Shown here in pieces: positions 44,101 to 52,180 of a stretch of DNA of 64,000 nt (the first letter of the stretch is position 1; each line of letters opens with the position of its first letter). A program made the position numbers and the translations under genes. The notes beneath the pieces were generated by a model, which saw nothing but the letters and a program-made list of their open reading frames with translations, did no database searches and was not told the origin of the DNA. The DNA comes from Polyangiaceae bacterium. GTDB lineage: Bacteria; Myxococcota_A; Polyangia; Polyangiales; Polyangiaceae. The stretch lies in NCBI GenBank assembly GCA_035063585.1, contig JAPSGB010000011.1:64001-128000 (forward strand). The letters are read 5' to 3'.

Positions 44101-47100
44101 ACCGCGACGAGCGGGGTGACGTGGGCGCCGCCATCGACGCCTTCGTCGCGGCGGGCAACTGGGAGCGCGCGGCGCACGTCGCGAGCAGCGTCGGCGAGCG
44201 CGGCGCCGCCCGCGCGGCGCTCGAGCGCGTGCTCGACCGCGCGGTCGCAGCGTGGTCACCCGCGCCGGTCGCCCCGAGCGAGGTCGCGCCGAGCGGGCCG
44301 GGCGGGCTCCCCGAGACGGTCGCCGGCGCCGCCGGCTGGGCGCTCGGTGAGCTCATCACGCGGCTCACCGAGGAGGGGCGCCTGGCGGACGTGGTGGAGC
44401 TAGAGCTCCGAGGAGCGAGCCTGCCGTTCTCCGTGAAGCGCCGGCGCGAGCTCGCGCGCGACGCGGCCTTGCTCTCGGCGGACCGCCTGTCCGCCCCGGA
44501 GCGCGCCATCGAGATCTTTACCGCGCTCTTCGCCGAGGAGCCGGCCGATGAGGTGGCGAGCGGGTCGGCGCGGCGGTTCGTCACACTGCTCGAGGAGCAG
44601 GGGCGCTACGAGGACGTCGTCTCGCTGTGGGAGCGCCAAGCCGAGTGCCGCGAACGTGCCGGCGACGCGATGGGCGCCGCGTCGCTCTGGGCGCGCGCCG
44701 CCGCGCTCGCCGAAGAGCGCCTGGGCGACGTCGAGCGCAGCGTCGCCGATCATCTCCGCGGCGCGGGGCTCGGCGGCGAGACCTCGCTCGAGGCGCTCGC
44801 GCGCCACCATCATGCAGCCGGCCGCGCGCGTGAGGAGGCCGAGGTCCTCGAGTGGCTGGCGGCTCAGTCGTCCGCCGAGGCGCTCGCGCCGCGCGCGCTC
44901 GCGCTGGCCGAGGCCTACGTCGCGGCGAACTCGAGGAAGCGCGCTCGCGCGCGCCTCGAGGAGTACGCCAAGGTCGCGCTCGACGCGGCCGCGCTCCGAG
45001 AGCGGCTCGCGGGACTCTATCGAGAGATGGGCGATTACACCGCGCTCGCGCTGCTGCTCGCCGCCGAGGCCGACCGCGCGCCCGACGCGCCGAGTCGCCT
45101 GGCGCTGCTCCGCGAGGCGGCTCGGCTCCACCTCGAGCGGCGAGACGATCCGGGCGCCGCGGTGCCGCTCCTCGAGAAGGCGATGGAGCTCGCGGGCGAC
45201 GGCTCCGAGCTTCCGCTGGCGCTGTCGGATGCGCTCCGCCGCGCCGCTCGGTTCGACCAGGCGGTCGCCATCTTGCGCGAGCAGATCGCGCGCTACGGAG
45301 CCCGCAAGCCGAAGGAGCGCGCGGTGGTGCATTTTGCGCTGTCGCAGGTGTGGCTCGAGTCCGGCTCGCGCGCCGAGGCGCTCGCCGAGCTCGATCTCGC
45401 GTCGCGGATCGACCAAGCGCACCCCGGGATCCTCCGCGCGCTCGCCGCGCTCGCCTTGGAGGAGGGCGAGCTCGAGCGCGCCGAGCGGATGTATCGCGCG
45501 CTCTTGTTGGTGCTCGGCCGCGGAGCGCGCGACGACGGGCCGAGCCGGGTGGAGGCGCTGCTCGATCTCGGTCGGATCGCCGAGACGAAGGGCGACGCCG
45601 TGCGCGCGGTGGAGTTCGTCGAGTCGGCCTTCGAGGCCGCGCTCGAGAGCGTCGCTGAAGCGCGCACCCTCGAGGCTGCGCTCCGGCGCCGCGGGCGGCG
45701 TGAGCTGCTCGGGCGCGCGCTCGAGGCGCGCCTGTCGGGGGAGCTCGAGCCGCGGGACGCCGCGCAGGTGCTGGCCGAGCTCGCCGCGCTCCACGCGGAG
45801 CAGGGCGGCGACCAGAGCGACGCGAAGCGCGCGCTCGCACGCCGGGTCGGCGAGGTCGAGCGGCAGCTCGGGGCCGAGCCCGGCGCGGGCGACGAGGCCT
45901 GGGCCGCGCTCGGGCGGTGTTACGCGTGGCTCGGCGACGCGGAGGCCGAGACCCGCGCGCTCGAGCGGCGCGTGGCGGGCTGGTCGCGCGACGAGGACGC
46001 TCGGCCCGAGCCCGAGGTCTTGCACCGCCTGGCGGCGATCAAGCTCGGGAGCGCCGAGACGCGCGAAGCGGGCGCGGAGCTCCTCGAGCGGGCGCTCGAG
46101 CTCACGGGCGAGCTCGGGCAGGCGGAGGAGCTCATCCTCGCGGCGGTCGAGGCCGAGCCGGAGAACGAGCGGCTGGCGCGCCTGCTCGAGCGCGTGGGCC
46201 GCGCGCCGGGGCGCGAGCGGCTGCTCTTGCGCGCGTTGACGCTGCTCGTCGCGTTCCCGGCGGCCCGCGCCGCGGCGGCGCGCGAGGGCGCAGACCTGGC
46301 GCGCGGGCTCGGTGAGCCCGCGCTCGCCGAGAGCCTGCTCGAGCGCGCGCTCGAGGGCGACGGCGCCGGGCTCGCTCCGGCCGAGGCGGCCTGGGCTCGC
46401 CTCGAGCTCTCCGGGTTGCGAGCCGAGCGCGGCGACCTCCCGGGCGCGCTCGCGCTGAGCGAGCGCGCCGCGGCGGAGCTCCCCGCCGACGAGGCCCGCG
46501 CGCTCCTCTTGAAGGTCGCCGCGAGCAGGGCGGACGAGCTCGACGACCCCGCGCGGGCCATCGCCATCTACGAGCGGCTGCTCGAGAACGACCCGGCGGA
46601 TCGGGAGGCCTGGGAGCCGCTCATCGGGCTGCTCCGGCGGGGCGCCCAATATGAGCGGCTCGTCTCGCTCATCGAGCAGACGGTGCCGCTCGTCGAGTCC
46701 GCCCAGGATCGCGCCGCGCTCCGCGCCTTGCAAGCGGAGCGGCTGGTCGCCGAGGACCGCGTCGCCGAGGCGACGCGAGTGCTCGAAGAGGTGCTCCTCG
46801 AAGATCCCGGGCACCTCGAATCCGCGATGCTCCTCGCCGGAATCCTCGAGCGGGGGGATCGCACCGATGAGCTCATCGCGCTGCTCACCGGGCAGCTCGA
46901 CGCCGCGAAGGATCGTCAAGATCTCGCCTCGCTCGGCTCGCTCTCGCTCCGGCTCGGCGCGCTGCTCGAGCAGCAGGGGCGGCCCGATGACGCGCTCGAC
47001 GTCTATCAGTCGCTGGTCGACTGGGATCGCGGTAGCCTCGCCGGCGCGCGCGCGGTGGTGCGGCTGATCGAGGCGCGCGGCGACGGCTTCGCGACCGCGG

Positions 47101-48635
47101 ACGCGCTCGAGGGGCTGCTCGCGGTGGTCGGGCCGGAGGAGGCGCCCGCGCTCGCCGCGCGGCTCGAGGCGCTGCGGCTCGAGCAGGAGGACGCGGAGGG
47201 CGCGGCGCGCGCGCTCGAGCTCGGCTACCGGGCCGCGCCGGAGGACCTCGCGCTCGGCGAGCGACTCGTGAAGCGCTACGCGGACCGCGGAGACTTCGGC
47301 GGGGTCGCGCGCGTGCTCCGGGTGGCGCTCGACGCGGCGCCCGGCGACCGCGCGCTCGGGGCGCGGCTCCTCGAGGCGCACCGGCAGGCGGGCGAGCTCG
47401 AGGAGGCGCTCGCCGTGGTAGACGCGCTCTCGGACGCGGAGCCCGACCCGAGCCTGCTCCACGAGCGCGCGGCGCTGCTCGGGGAGCTCGGACGCGCCGA
47501 CGAGGCCCTCGACGCGCTCGAGGGAGCCTATCGAGCCGGCGGACCGTACGCGCTCGAGCTCGGCGAGGCGCTCGAGAACGCGCTCGCGGTCGCCCCGAGC
47601 GGCGAGGTGACGCGCGCGCTCACGCTCCGGCTCATCGACGTGCTCGAGCAGATCGGCGATCTGGAGGGCGCGCGCGCGCGCCTCACCGAGTGGCTCGCCC
47701 ACGCGGCGGCCGAGCCGGCCGTTCGCCGGCGCCTCGCGGACCTCGAGCTCGCCGCCGGCGACTACGACGCGGCGGCCCGGACGCTCGCCGGGCTCGTCGA
47801 GGCGGCCGACGGCGAGGAGCTGGTCGGGGTCGCCATCGAGCTCGCGGACGCGTGCGCGCGCGCCGACCGCTTCGGCGACGCGCGTGACGCGCTCGAGCGC
47901 GCGGTCGCGCTGGTGCCCGAGAGTGCCGACGCGCGGCTCTGGCTCCGGCGGCTCTACGAGCTCACCGGCGAGCACCGCGCGCTCGCTCGGATGCTCCTCG
48001 ACGAGGCGCGCGTCGCGGTCGACGCCGCCGCGCGGCTCGAGCTCCTCCTCTCCGCGGCGGGGCTCTTGGTGAGCTCCGAGGGCGGGGCGGGTGAGGCGCT
48101 CGAGGTGCTCGACGAGGCGCGCGCGCTCAGCCCGGAGAGCATCGAGGCGGCGGTGCTCACCGCGCGCGCGTTCGCCGCGCTCGGGCGCGGCGACCAGGCG
48201 ATGGCGCTCCTCGGCGAGACCGCGAGCGCGCACCGCGGCCGGCGCACCAAGGCGCTCGCGAGCGTCTACCAGGAGATCTCGCGGCTCCAGCTCGAGGACG
48301 GCTTCCTCTCGGACGCCCTCGAGTCGCTCTCGCGCGCCTTCGACGCGGACATGAAAAATGGTCTCCTCGCGCTCGAGCTCGGCCGGCTGGCGCTCGAGAT
48401 CGACGAAGAGGAGATCGCCACCCGCGCGCTCCGCGCGGTCACCATGATGAAGCCGTGGGACGAGACCACGCTCGACGGCGCCGGGCCGGAGGTGAAGGCC
48501 GAGGCGCACTATCAGCTCGCCCAGCTCGCGCTCAAGCAGGGAGACGCGCGGAAGGCCAGGGTGATGCTGAACAAGGCGCTCCTCGAGCATCCGGACCACG
48601 AGGCGGCGCTCGCGCTCATCAGCCAGCTCGGCTGA
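38157..48635 (+). CDS. Giant TPR-repeat protein (~3490 aa; AgmK-like)
   Basis: Uninterrupted ORF of tandem TPR-like helical repeats. Probable GTG start at 38157; the upstream ORF extension is antisense to pap. Confidence 0.85.
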   Translation: MSTDVPKPPTKSPSGARALRLEELTALLEQPLELPDAVLETLVTAMAKGQPHPELFRALHDAAERSDKLAELAFAYEHVTADRRVKLLQAPMQAELHLNAARFFGEVFGDSDGAVKYAERALSAAPGSGEAVELIERLLRGAPDSSRLVKILVDASSAERERERQAALLARAAGHLEAAPDAHELAIDVYQRLLRVEPGAAGVRSALEARLTQAGRPRDAAKLLEAALAGDVAAVPAEDALAMRARLVSLYAGALGELPRALPHVEVLLAARPADAAALAAAEALLEHKVSAPRATAALSDAYEQLGRLPEAAAMLSRELKVVRGPRRMDVQRRLAILRQDVLGDATGALELLGPVVAADPGDDALRERYVALALELGQPQEAARLLARALTTCKAPAVRARVGADVGRVFLAAGDKRRAEAALALILDERHDDAAVLAAARLLVELHADSGDPAALAAALEHVVRLEPDPNSRHAAARRLVRMSEGEGGEPARAAVGWRALIDSPWADEALGKLEALYEASGDVEGAIEVLERRAERAKDREAGRALAFKAAELRSSRSRDRRAALGAWRGFVATYGASREAHARLAPLLEQEKEWAELVWLLERELELAPLEERAALWARIGQLRLGPLGDSAGALAAFGEALRLEPSERASRAALEKLLGAGDARLAAAAILEPLYRAEEPSTSLLRVLEARGELAPTPAERLAALGEAADTAERALGDPTRALRLAGEGLALAAGALPTEVPAWLARAQALASVVADPAARAAALAPAVEGRAVDSAALLEVARAAGEALGLAGEVPRAIEIYRAALAFEPASSELLARVDELLAQQGSPGERLALYETALAQATEPVRRRELLHATAALRRRELDDLPGAIAIWRAVLAEDPDDFAAHQALVQALGERGERDALRAELERALGRAEGERRDALRARLAEALADDGEVAGALEHYRALLEHAELDDEVLARIERLARAHGDAPSLEQVLARRLARTDAPALRAELLEEYGDVIAAAGGPDERATRAWLEGARAALGVEERERAERLYERVRAVAPSEREAPEALFELAAQSGRWARAAELFAALAPLVEPRDAASLLDGVEPAALAAGAIEAVVDMLDALATDPRVEPARGRELSLRRARALAANPARRDDAAAAFRQLIEAPGELAAAALEGFGAFLASAPERVADRRWLHERRVARAADPIGALIDWAGLEERELGAPGAALGLYRRAFELDAERADVLAEIARLEEQTGDLEAALASLEALRDRSEGEARLAAEVSRAGLLLGALGRPLDALDVLEPLIEAAPGDAALLRLAHEALGQQASRARAAALLERAAGAADDPAARARVLEALLEVSGATPELSGARVRWMKQLLEVRADAPREALALALRGALEAPAEGALWDAAERFARELDEPAPVAEAFARALERPMPPEATDELARRMIDFQEEWFDDPARVVELLGRVVELSPHADWAFDRLKLAYNAAGRWSELFALYDRALERSADERVRVELLREAAMAAKDFAADTERAIDYLERLERASPGDPRVDAALERLYERDGRYRPLIELLSRRLGGMGDAAGGELRERIAALWLELGEALPAFELLASGEAGGEASPVAVELLERLVALPASRDTVAPTSGGKRRKRNYSVRDRVAARLREHYAAVGRTADKARMLEIELEVAQNDQDRIRRLEELVTLRLDELGDEAGAFDNLAALVRLDPENRDFRARLAELARRTDDYRRYAELLTLVARGTDARALRLSLLAEAAPVVERELGDRPAAIRLYSEVLELAAKEPAEALSAARALDGLLLAAGDSAARASVLERRAELEEERELRRAALGEVARIAAEELGELDRAISAWRARLADDAADGPALDGLCRTLEAARRWPELVQALTERAARAQARSLARADRVRVAAVQAGELGKPGAAIDTWRGLRAEWGADDESFEALVGLFGRTARWDDLAELLASEAEGSLDAERRRALFERLGALHRDERGDVGAAIDAFVAAGNWERAAHVASSVGERGAARAALERVLDRAVAAWSPAPVAPSEVAPSGPGGLPETVAGAAGWALGELITRLTEEGRLADVVELELRGASLPFSVKRRRELARDAALLSADRLSAPERAIEIFTALFAEEPADEVASGSARRFVTLLEEQGRYEDVVSLWERQAECRERAGDAMGAASLWARAAALAEERLGDVERSVADHLRGAGLGGETSLEALARHHHAAGRAREEAEVLEWLAAQSSAEALAPRALALAEAYVAANSRKRARARLEEYAKVALDAAALRERLAGLYREMGDYTALALLLAAEADRAPDAPSRLALLREAARLHLERRDDPGAAVPLLEKAMELAGDGSELPLALSDALRRAARFDQAVAILREQIARYGARKPKERAVVHFALSQVWLESGSRAEALAELDLASRIDQAHPGILRALAALALEEGELERAERMYRALLLVLGRGARDDGPSRVEALLDLGRIAETKGDAVRAVEFVESAFEAALESVAEARTLEAALRRRGRRELLGRALEARLSGELEPRDAAQVLAELAALHAEQGGDQSDAKRALARRVGEVERQLGAEPGAGDEAWAALGRCYAWLGDAEAETRALERRVAGWSRDEDARPEPEVLHRLAAIKLGSAETREAGAELLERALELTGELGQAEELILAAVEAEPENERLARLLERVGRAPGRERLLLRALTLLVAFPAARAAAAREGADLARGLGEPALAESLLERALEGDGAGLAPAEAAWARLELSGLRAERGDLPGALALSERAAAELPADEARALLLKVAASRADELDDPARAIAIYERLLENDPADREAWEPLIGLLRRGAQYERLVSLIEQTVPLVESAQDRAALRALQAERLVAEDRVAEATRVLEEVLLEDPGHLESAMLLAGILERGDRTDELIALLTGQLDAAKDRQDLASLGSLSLRLGALLEQQGRPDDALDVYQSLVDWDRGSLAGARAVVRLIEARGDGFATADALEGLLAVVGPEEAPALAARLEALRLEQEDAEGAARALELGYRAAPEDLALGERLVKRYADRGDFGGVARVLRVALDAAPGDRALGARLLEAHRQAGELEEALAVVDALSDAEPDPSLLHERAALLGELGRADEALDALEGAYRAGGPYALELGEALENALAVAPSGEVTRALTLRLIDVLEQIGDLEGARARLTEWLAHAAAEPAVRRRLADLELAAGDYDAAARTLAGLVEAADGEELVGVAIELADACARADRFGDARDALERAVALVPESADARLWLRRLYELTGEHRALARMLLDEARVAVDAAARLELLLSAAGLLVSSEGGAGEALEVLDEARALSPESIEAAVLTARAFAALGRGDQAMALLGETASAHRGRRTKALASVYQEISRLQLEDGFLSDALESLSRAFDADMKNGLLALELGRLALEIDEEEIATRALRAVTMMKPWDETTLDGAGPEVKAEAHYQLAQLALKQGDARKARVMLNKALLEHPDHEAALALISQLG

Positions 48636-48729
48636 GCCCGCGGTCAGGGCGCGGGAGCGCGGGGGCGCGGCCGGCGCGAGTCTCGGCTTGCGCCGGCTCG
48701 CGCTCTCGTCTTTGATGCGGGCCGCCCCC

Positions 48730-49017
48730 ATGAAGCGCCAGAAGCGACTCACCAAGCGCGAACGTCAAGCCCTCGACCCGACGCGCGCCGCGCGCGCCCA
48801 GGCGGCCCAGGCGCCCGCGCACATCCACTGCATCTCCTGCGGCCGGCACATCGATCCGGCCGAGTTCGACGGCCCGCCCGCGAGCGCGACCTACATCACC
48901 TGCGATCACGGCTCGCAGTTCGCTTCCTGCGTGACGTGCCTGGTCCAGTCTCAGCTCCTGGTCGCCGCCCATGACCGCTCCGGGCAGCCGGTGAAGGCCG
49001 CCAACGCCTGGCACTGA
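48730..49017 (+). CDS. Small Cys/His-rich, putative Zn-binding protein
   Basis: Basic N-terminus; HCISC..CDH..CVTC..H; typical GC3 codon use. Confidence 0.7.
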   Translation: MKRQKRLTKRERQALDPTRAARAQAAQAPAHIHCISCGRHIDPAEFDGPPASATYITCDHGSQFASCVTCLVQSQLLVAAHDRSGQPVKAANAWH

Positions 49018-49033
49018 CCGCGGCCGCGAGCCT

Positions 49034-49954
49034 CTACGGAGCGCTGGGCCCGGGCTCGGCGCGGCCCTGCTCGAGGAGCCACGAGAACACGTCGCCGAGC
49101 ACGCGGTTGCTCTCGGGCCCGTAGCTGCCGTGGCCGGCGCGCGGGAGCACGAAGAGGCGCGCGCTCGTGCCCGCCGCGTCGAGCGCCGTCACGCTCGCGT
49201 CGGCGTTGTCGCGGGTCTCGAACTCGCCGCGCAGGATGGCGACCGCGCGCGCTCGAGCGAGCGCCGCGGGTGAGGCCTGGACGGGCGGCCCGCCGAGGAT
49301 GACCAGCGGGAAGCGGCGCGGATCTCGCTTGGCGAGCGCGAGCGCGCGGACCACCCCCTGCGAGTAGCCGAAGAGGATCGGACGCGCCTCGTCGAGCGCG
49401 CCGCCGCGCTCGGCGCGGATCACCTCGAGCGCGCGGTCGATGCGCCGCTCGAGGTTCGCGAGGTCCGGGCCCCAGCTGAAGCGCGGGGCCCAGTCGAAGC
49501 GGTCGCGGTCGCAGCGCGCGTCGCCGCGGAGCGCGATCACGGTGCCGACCTGGCTCGCCGCCTCCGCCCAGCCGTCGATGGCGGTGATGTCGCCGCACAC
49601 GCCGTGCAGGTAGATGATCGCGCGCCGGGTCTCCGGGCCCCCCTCGATCACGCGCGCGGGCGCGTCGCCCGGGATCCGCACCACGCTGGGCGCGCCCGGC
49701 GTGAGCCCGGCCGGGAGCGCGGGAGGCCCGGCGTTCGCCGTCGCGCTCGACGGAGCAGGCTCGCCCGCGCGCTCGGGGGGCGCCTCGCGAAGGTCGGGCG
49801 CGGGTCGCGCGGGTGGCGGGGCGGTCGCCGCGCGGGGCACGCTGCGCTCCCCGCTGCTCTGCGCCGGCGGCGCTTCGCGACACGCGCTCGCGAGCCCGAC
49901 GCCGGCCGCGACGAGCAGCCAGGAGCCCCCGGAGCCTACGCTCGGTCGAGTCAG
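49034..49954 (-). CDS. Alpha/beta-hydrolase (esterase-like) lipoprotein, possible CTG start
   Basis: Lipobox ASAC, YLHG, GYSQG, AGH; start inferred from CTGA overlap with the upstream stop. Confidence 0.7.
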   Translation of the reverse strand: MTRPSVGSGGSWLLVAAGVGLASACREAPPAQSSGERSVPRAATAPPPARPAPDLREAPPERAGEPAPSSATANAGPPALPAGLTPGAPSVVRIPGDAPARVIEGGPETRRAIIYLHGVCGDITAIDGWAEAASQVGTVIALRGDARCDRDRFDWAPRFSWGPDLANLERRIDRALEVIRAERGGALDEARPILFGYSQGVVRALALAKRDPRRFPLVILGGPPVQASPAALARARAVAILRGEFETRDNADASVTALDAAGTSARLFVLPRAGHGSYGPESNRVLGDVFSWLLEQGRAEPGPSAP

Positions 49955-51027
49955 CGCTCGCGACCCTTCTTCTTCTTGGCCGGCGCGCGCTCGGCCTGCT
50001 TGCCGCCGCGCGGGCGCGCGGCCGGGTCGCCCGCGTCGAGCCAGGTGAGCGCGGCGCGATACATGGGCGCCTTGCTCTCGAGCGCGACCTCGTGGCCCAT
50101 GTCGGCCGGGGTCGAGGCGCGCACCGCGACGTGGTTCGCTTCGAGCCAGCGGCGCACCTGCGCGGTGCCGTCGATGACGCCGTCGTGCTCGCCGGTGATG
50201 AGGTACACGCGCCGGAGCGTGCGGCGGTTCTGCTGCAGGGCCTCGAGCCCGGCGCCGCCCCAGTAGGCGTCGCTCGCGGCGAGGATGAGCCAGCGGTTGA
50301 AGGTGCGCGGCTCGCGCACGCCGACGTTCATCGCGACGTAGGCGCCCTCGCTGAAGCCGACCAGGGTGTTGCCGCGGAGCTGGACGCGGCCGCCGTATTT
50401 CTCGCGCAGCGCCGCGAGCGTGTTCATCACCACGCGCTCGGCCGCGGGCCAGTCGTTGTCCCAGCCCCGCGCGCCGCCGCCGCGATCTTCCTGTCCGCTC
50501 GGGCAGACGAGCCAGCCGAGCCGGCGCGCGACGGGCGCCCAGCGCTGGCACTGCTGCGCCGGGTTCCCGCTCCGGCCGTGGAGATACATGATGACCGGGC
50601 GGAGCCCGAGCCGGCCGCGCCCGACCGGCTCGTAGTAGTACGCGGGCGGCGCGCCGGGGACGTCGAGCGTCTGGATGCCGGACTTCGGCGGCGGCTCGGC
50701 CGCGGACCTTGCGCCCGATTTCGAGCCGCCCGATTTCGAAGCGGCCGCTCGCGCCTCGGCGGCGGCCTCCTCGCGGGCCTGGGCGGCCTCGCTGCCGTCC
50801 TCGTCGTCCGGGGAGGGGATGACGAGCTTCTGGCCCGGACGGATCGGCGCGCGCCGCTCGATGCCGTTCGCGCCGCAGAGCGCCGCGATGCTCACGTGGT
50901 AGCGCTTGGCGATCGCCCCGAGCGTCTGCCCCGGGGCGACCTGGTGCGTGCGGAGCCCCTCGGCGAACGCCCCGGACGCGACCGCGAACCCGGCGAAGGC
51001 GAAGAGGAGGGCGGCGAGCCGTCGCAT
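49951..51027 (-). CDS. Secreted LysM plus alpha/beta-hydrolase protein
   Basis: Signal peptide; HQVAPGQTLGAIAKRY..NGI..IRPGQKLVIP; YLHG, GFSEG, GEHD, MGHE. Confidence 0.85.
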   Translation of the reverse strand: MRRLAALLFAFAGFAVASGAFAEGLRTHQVAPGQTLGAIAKRYHVSIAALCGANGIERRAPIRPGQKLVIPSPDDEDGSEAAQAREEAAAEARAAASKSGGSKSGARSAAEPPPKSGIQTLDVPGAPPAYYYEPVGRGRLGLRPVIMYLHGRSGNPAQQCQRWAPVARRLGWLVCPSGQEDRGGGARGWDNDWPAAERVVMNTLAALREKYGGRVQLRGNTLVGFSEGAYVAMNVGVREPRTFNRWLILAASDAYWGGAGLEALQQNRRTLRRVYLITGEHDGVIDGTAQVRRWLEANHVAVRASTPADMGHEVALESKAPMYRAALTWLDAGDPAARPRGGKQAERAPAKKKKGRER

Positions 51028-51136
51028 CGCCCCCAGCGCTAGCACAATCGACCGCGAAGGGAAAAACCAGCGCAGGCCCGCGGGCCGGATCCCGAGGGGC
51101 CGGTGCGGCGCGGCCGGCGGCGCGGCCCGCCGCCGC

Positions 51137-51649
51137 TCAGCGCGTGAGCTCGACCGCGGTCGCCACCAGGGCGACCTCGTCGGCGGTGCCGTCGGGGTTC
51201 TTCTTCGCGAAGCGCGCGCCCTCGCTCTCGAGGTGGCTCACCATCGAGGCCGCGACCTGGTGCACCTTCACCTCGCCTTGCACGCGCGCGCGCGCGCCGG
51301 CGGAGTCGAGTGGGATGAAGAAGCCGTAGTCCTTGAAGCTCACGCGGCAGCCGGGGCCGGCGTCGCCCGGGGTCGCGCCGATTTCCATCCAGCAACCGCG
51401 GCGCGTGCAGGCCCGGCGCACCTCGCCCTCCACGGTGACCGTGCGCCCGGCGTAGTCGGCGGGCGCGCCGAGCACGGCGCCGAGGCTCGCCTCGCCGCCC
51501 GGCGTGATGGCGGCGCCGTAGGGCGTCGTGACGCGCGCTGGCGCGGCGCTCGGCGCGGGCGCGGCGCTCGGCGCGGAGGAACCAGAACCCTGGCAGGCCG
51601 CGACGACGAGCGCGGCGCCGAGGAGCCCGAGGGAGCGTGCGAGAGTCAT
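51137..51649 (-). CDS. DUF4920-family lipoprotein
   Basis: Lipobox VAAC; EGEVRRACTRRGCWM, VSFKDYGFFIP. Confidence 0.8.
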   Translation of the reverse strand: MTLARSLGLLGAALVVAACQGSGSSAPSAAPAPSAAPARVTTPYGAAITPGGEASLGAVLGAPADYAGRTVTVEGEVRRACTRRGCWMEIGATPGDAGPGCRVSFKDYGFFIPLDSAGARARVQGEVKVHQVAASMVSHLESEGARFAKKNPDGTADEVALVATAVELTR

Positions 51650-51686
51650 TGGCGCTCAGTATAGCCGGCGGTGTATCCTTTCAAGC

Positions 51687-52169
51687 ATGCGGGTGACGCT
51701 CGGGCTGCTCGGGGTGATGGGGCTCCTCCTCTCGGCGTGTTCGGGGAGCGGCTCGAGCGGGAGCGGCCCGGGCGGCTCGTCGAGCGATCCGCTCGCCGCG
51801 GAGCGGCGCGCCTGCGTCGACAAAATCAACGCCTACCGCGACACCCTCGGCCTGCCGCACTACGCGCTGTGGGCCGAGGCGGGCGCCTGCTCCGACGCGG
51901 AGGCGCGCGCGGACGCAAAGAGCGGCCAGGCGCACGGCGCGTTCGGCAACTGCGGGGAACACGCCCAGAACGAGTGCCCGGGCTGGCCCATCGAGAGCAT
52001 CAGCGCGGCCTCCGGGAGCTGCCTCGACATGATGTGGGCGGAGGGCCCCGGCGAGAATTTCCAGGAGCACGGGCACTTCATCAACATGTCGAGCACGAAG
52101 TACACGAAGGTCGCCTGCGGGTTCTCGGCGTCGAGCGGCAGCGTGTGGGCCGTGCAGAACTTCAAGTAG
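51687..52169 (+). CDS. CAP (SCP-like) domain lipoprotein
   Basis: Lipobox LSAC; INAYR..LGL, WAEG..GHFINM..YTKVACG..VQNF. Confidence 0.82.
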   Translation: MRVTLGLLGVMGLLLSACSGSGSSGSGPGGSSSDPLAAERRACVDKINAYRDTLGLPHYALWAEAGACSDAEARADAKSGQAHGAFGNCGEHAQNECPGWPIESISAASGSCLDMMWAEGPGENFQEHGHFINMSSTKYTKVACGFSASSGSVWAVQNFK

Positions 52170-52180
52170 CCGAGCGGTCG

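Noticed and set aside
44400..48755. 1451-aa minus-strand ORF
   Set aside because: Antisense shadow of the giant TPR gene.
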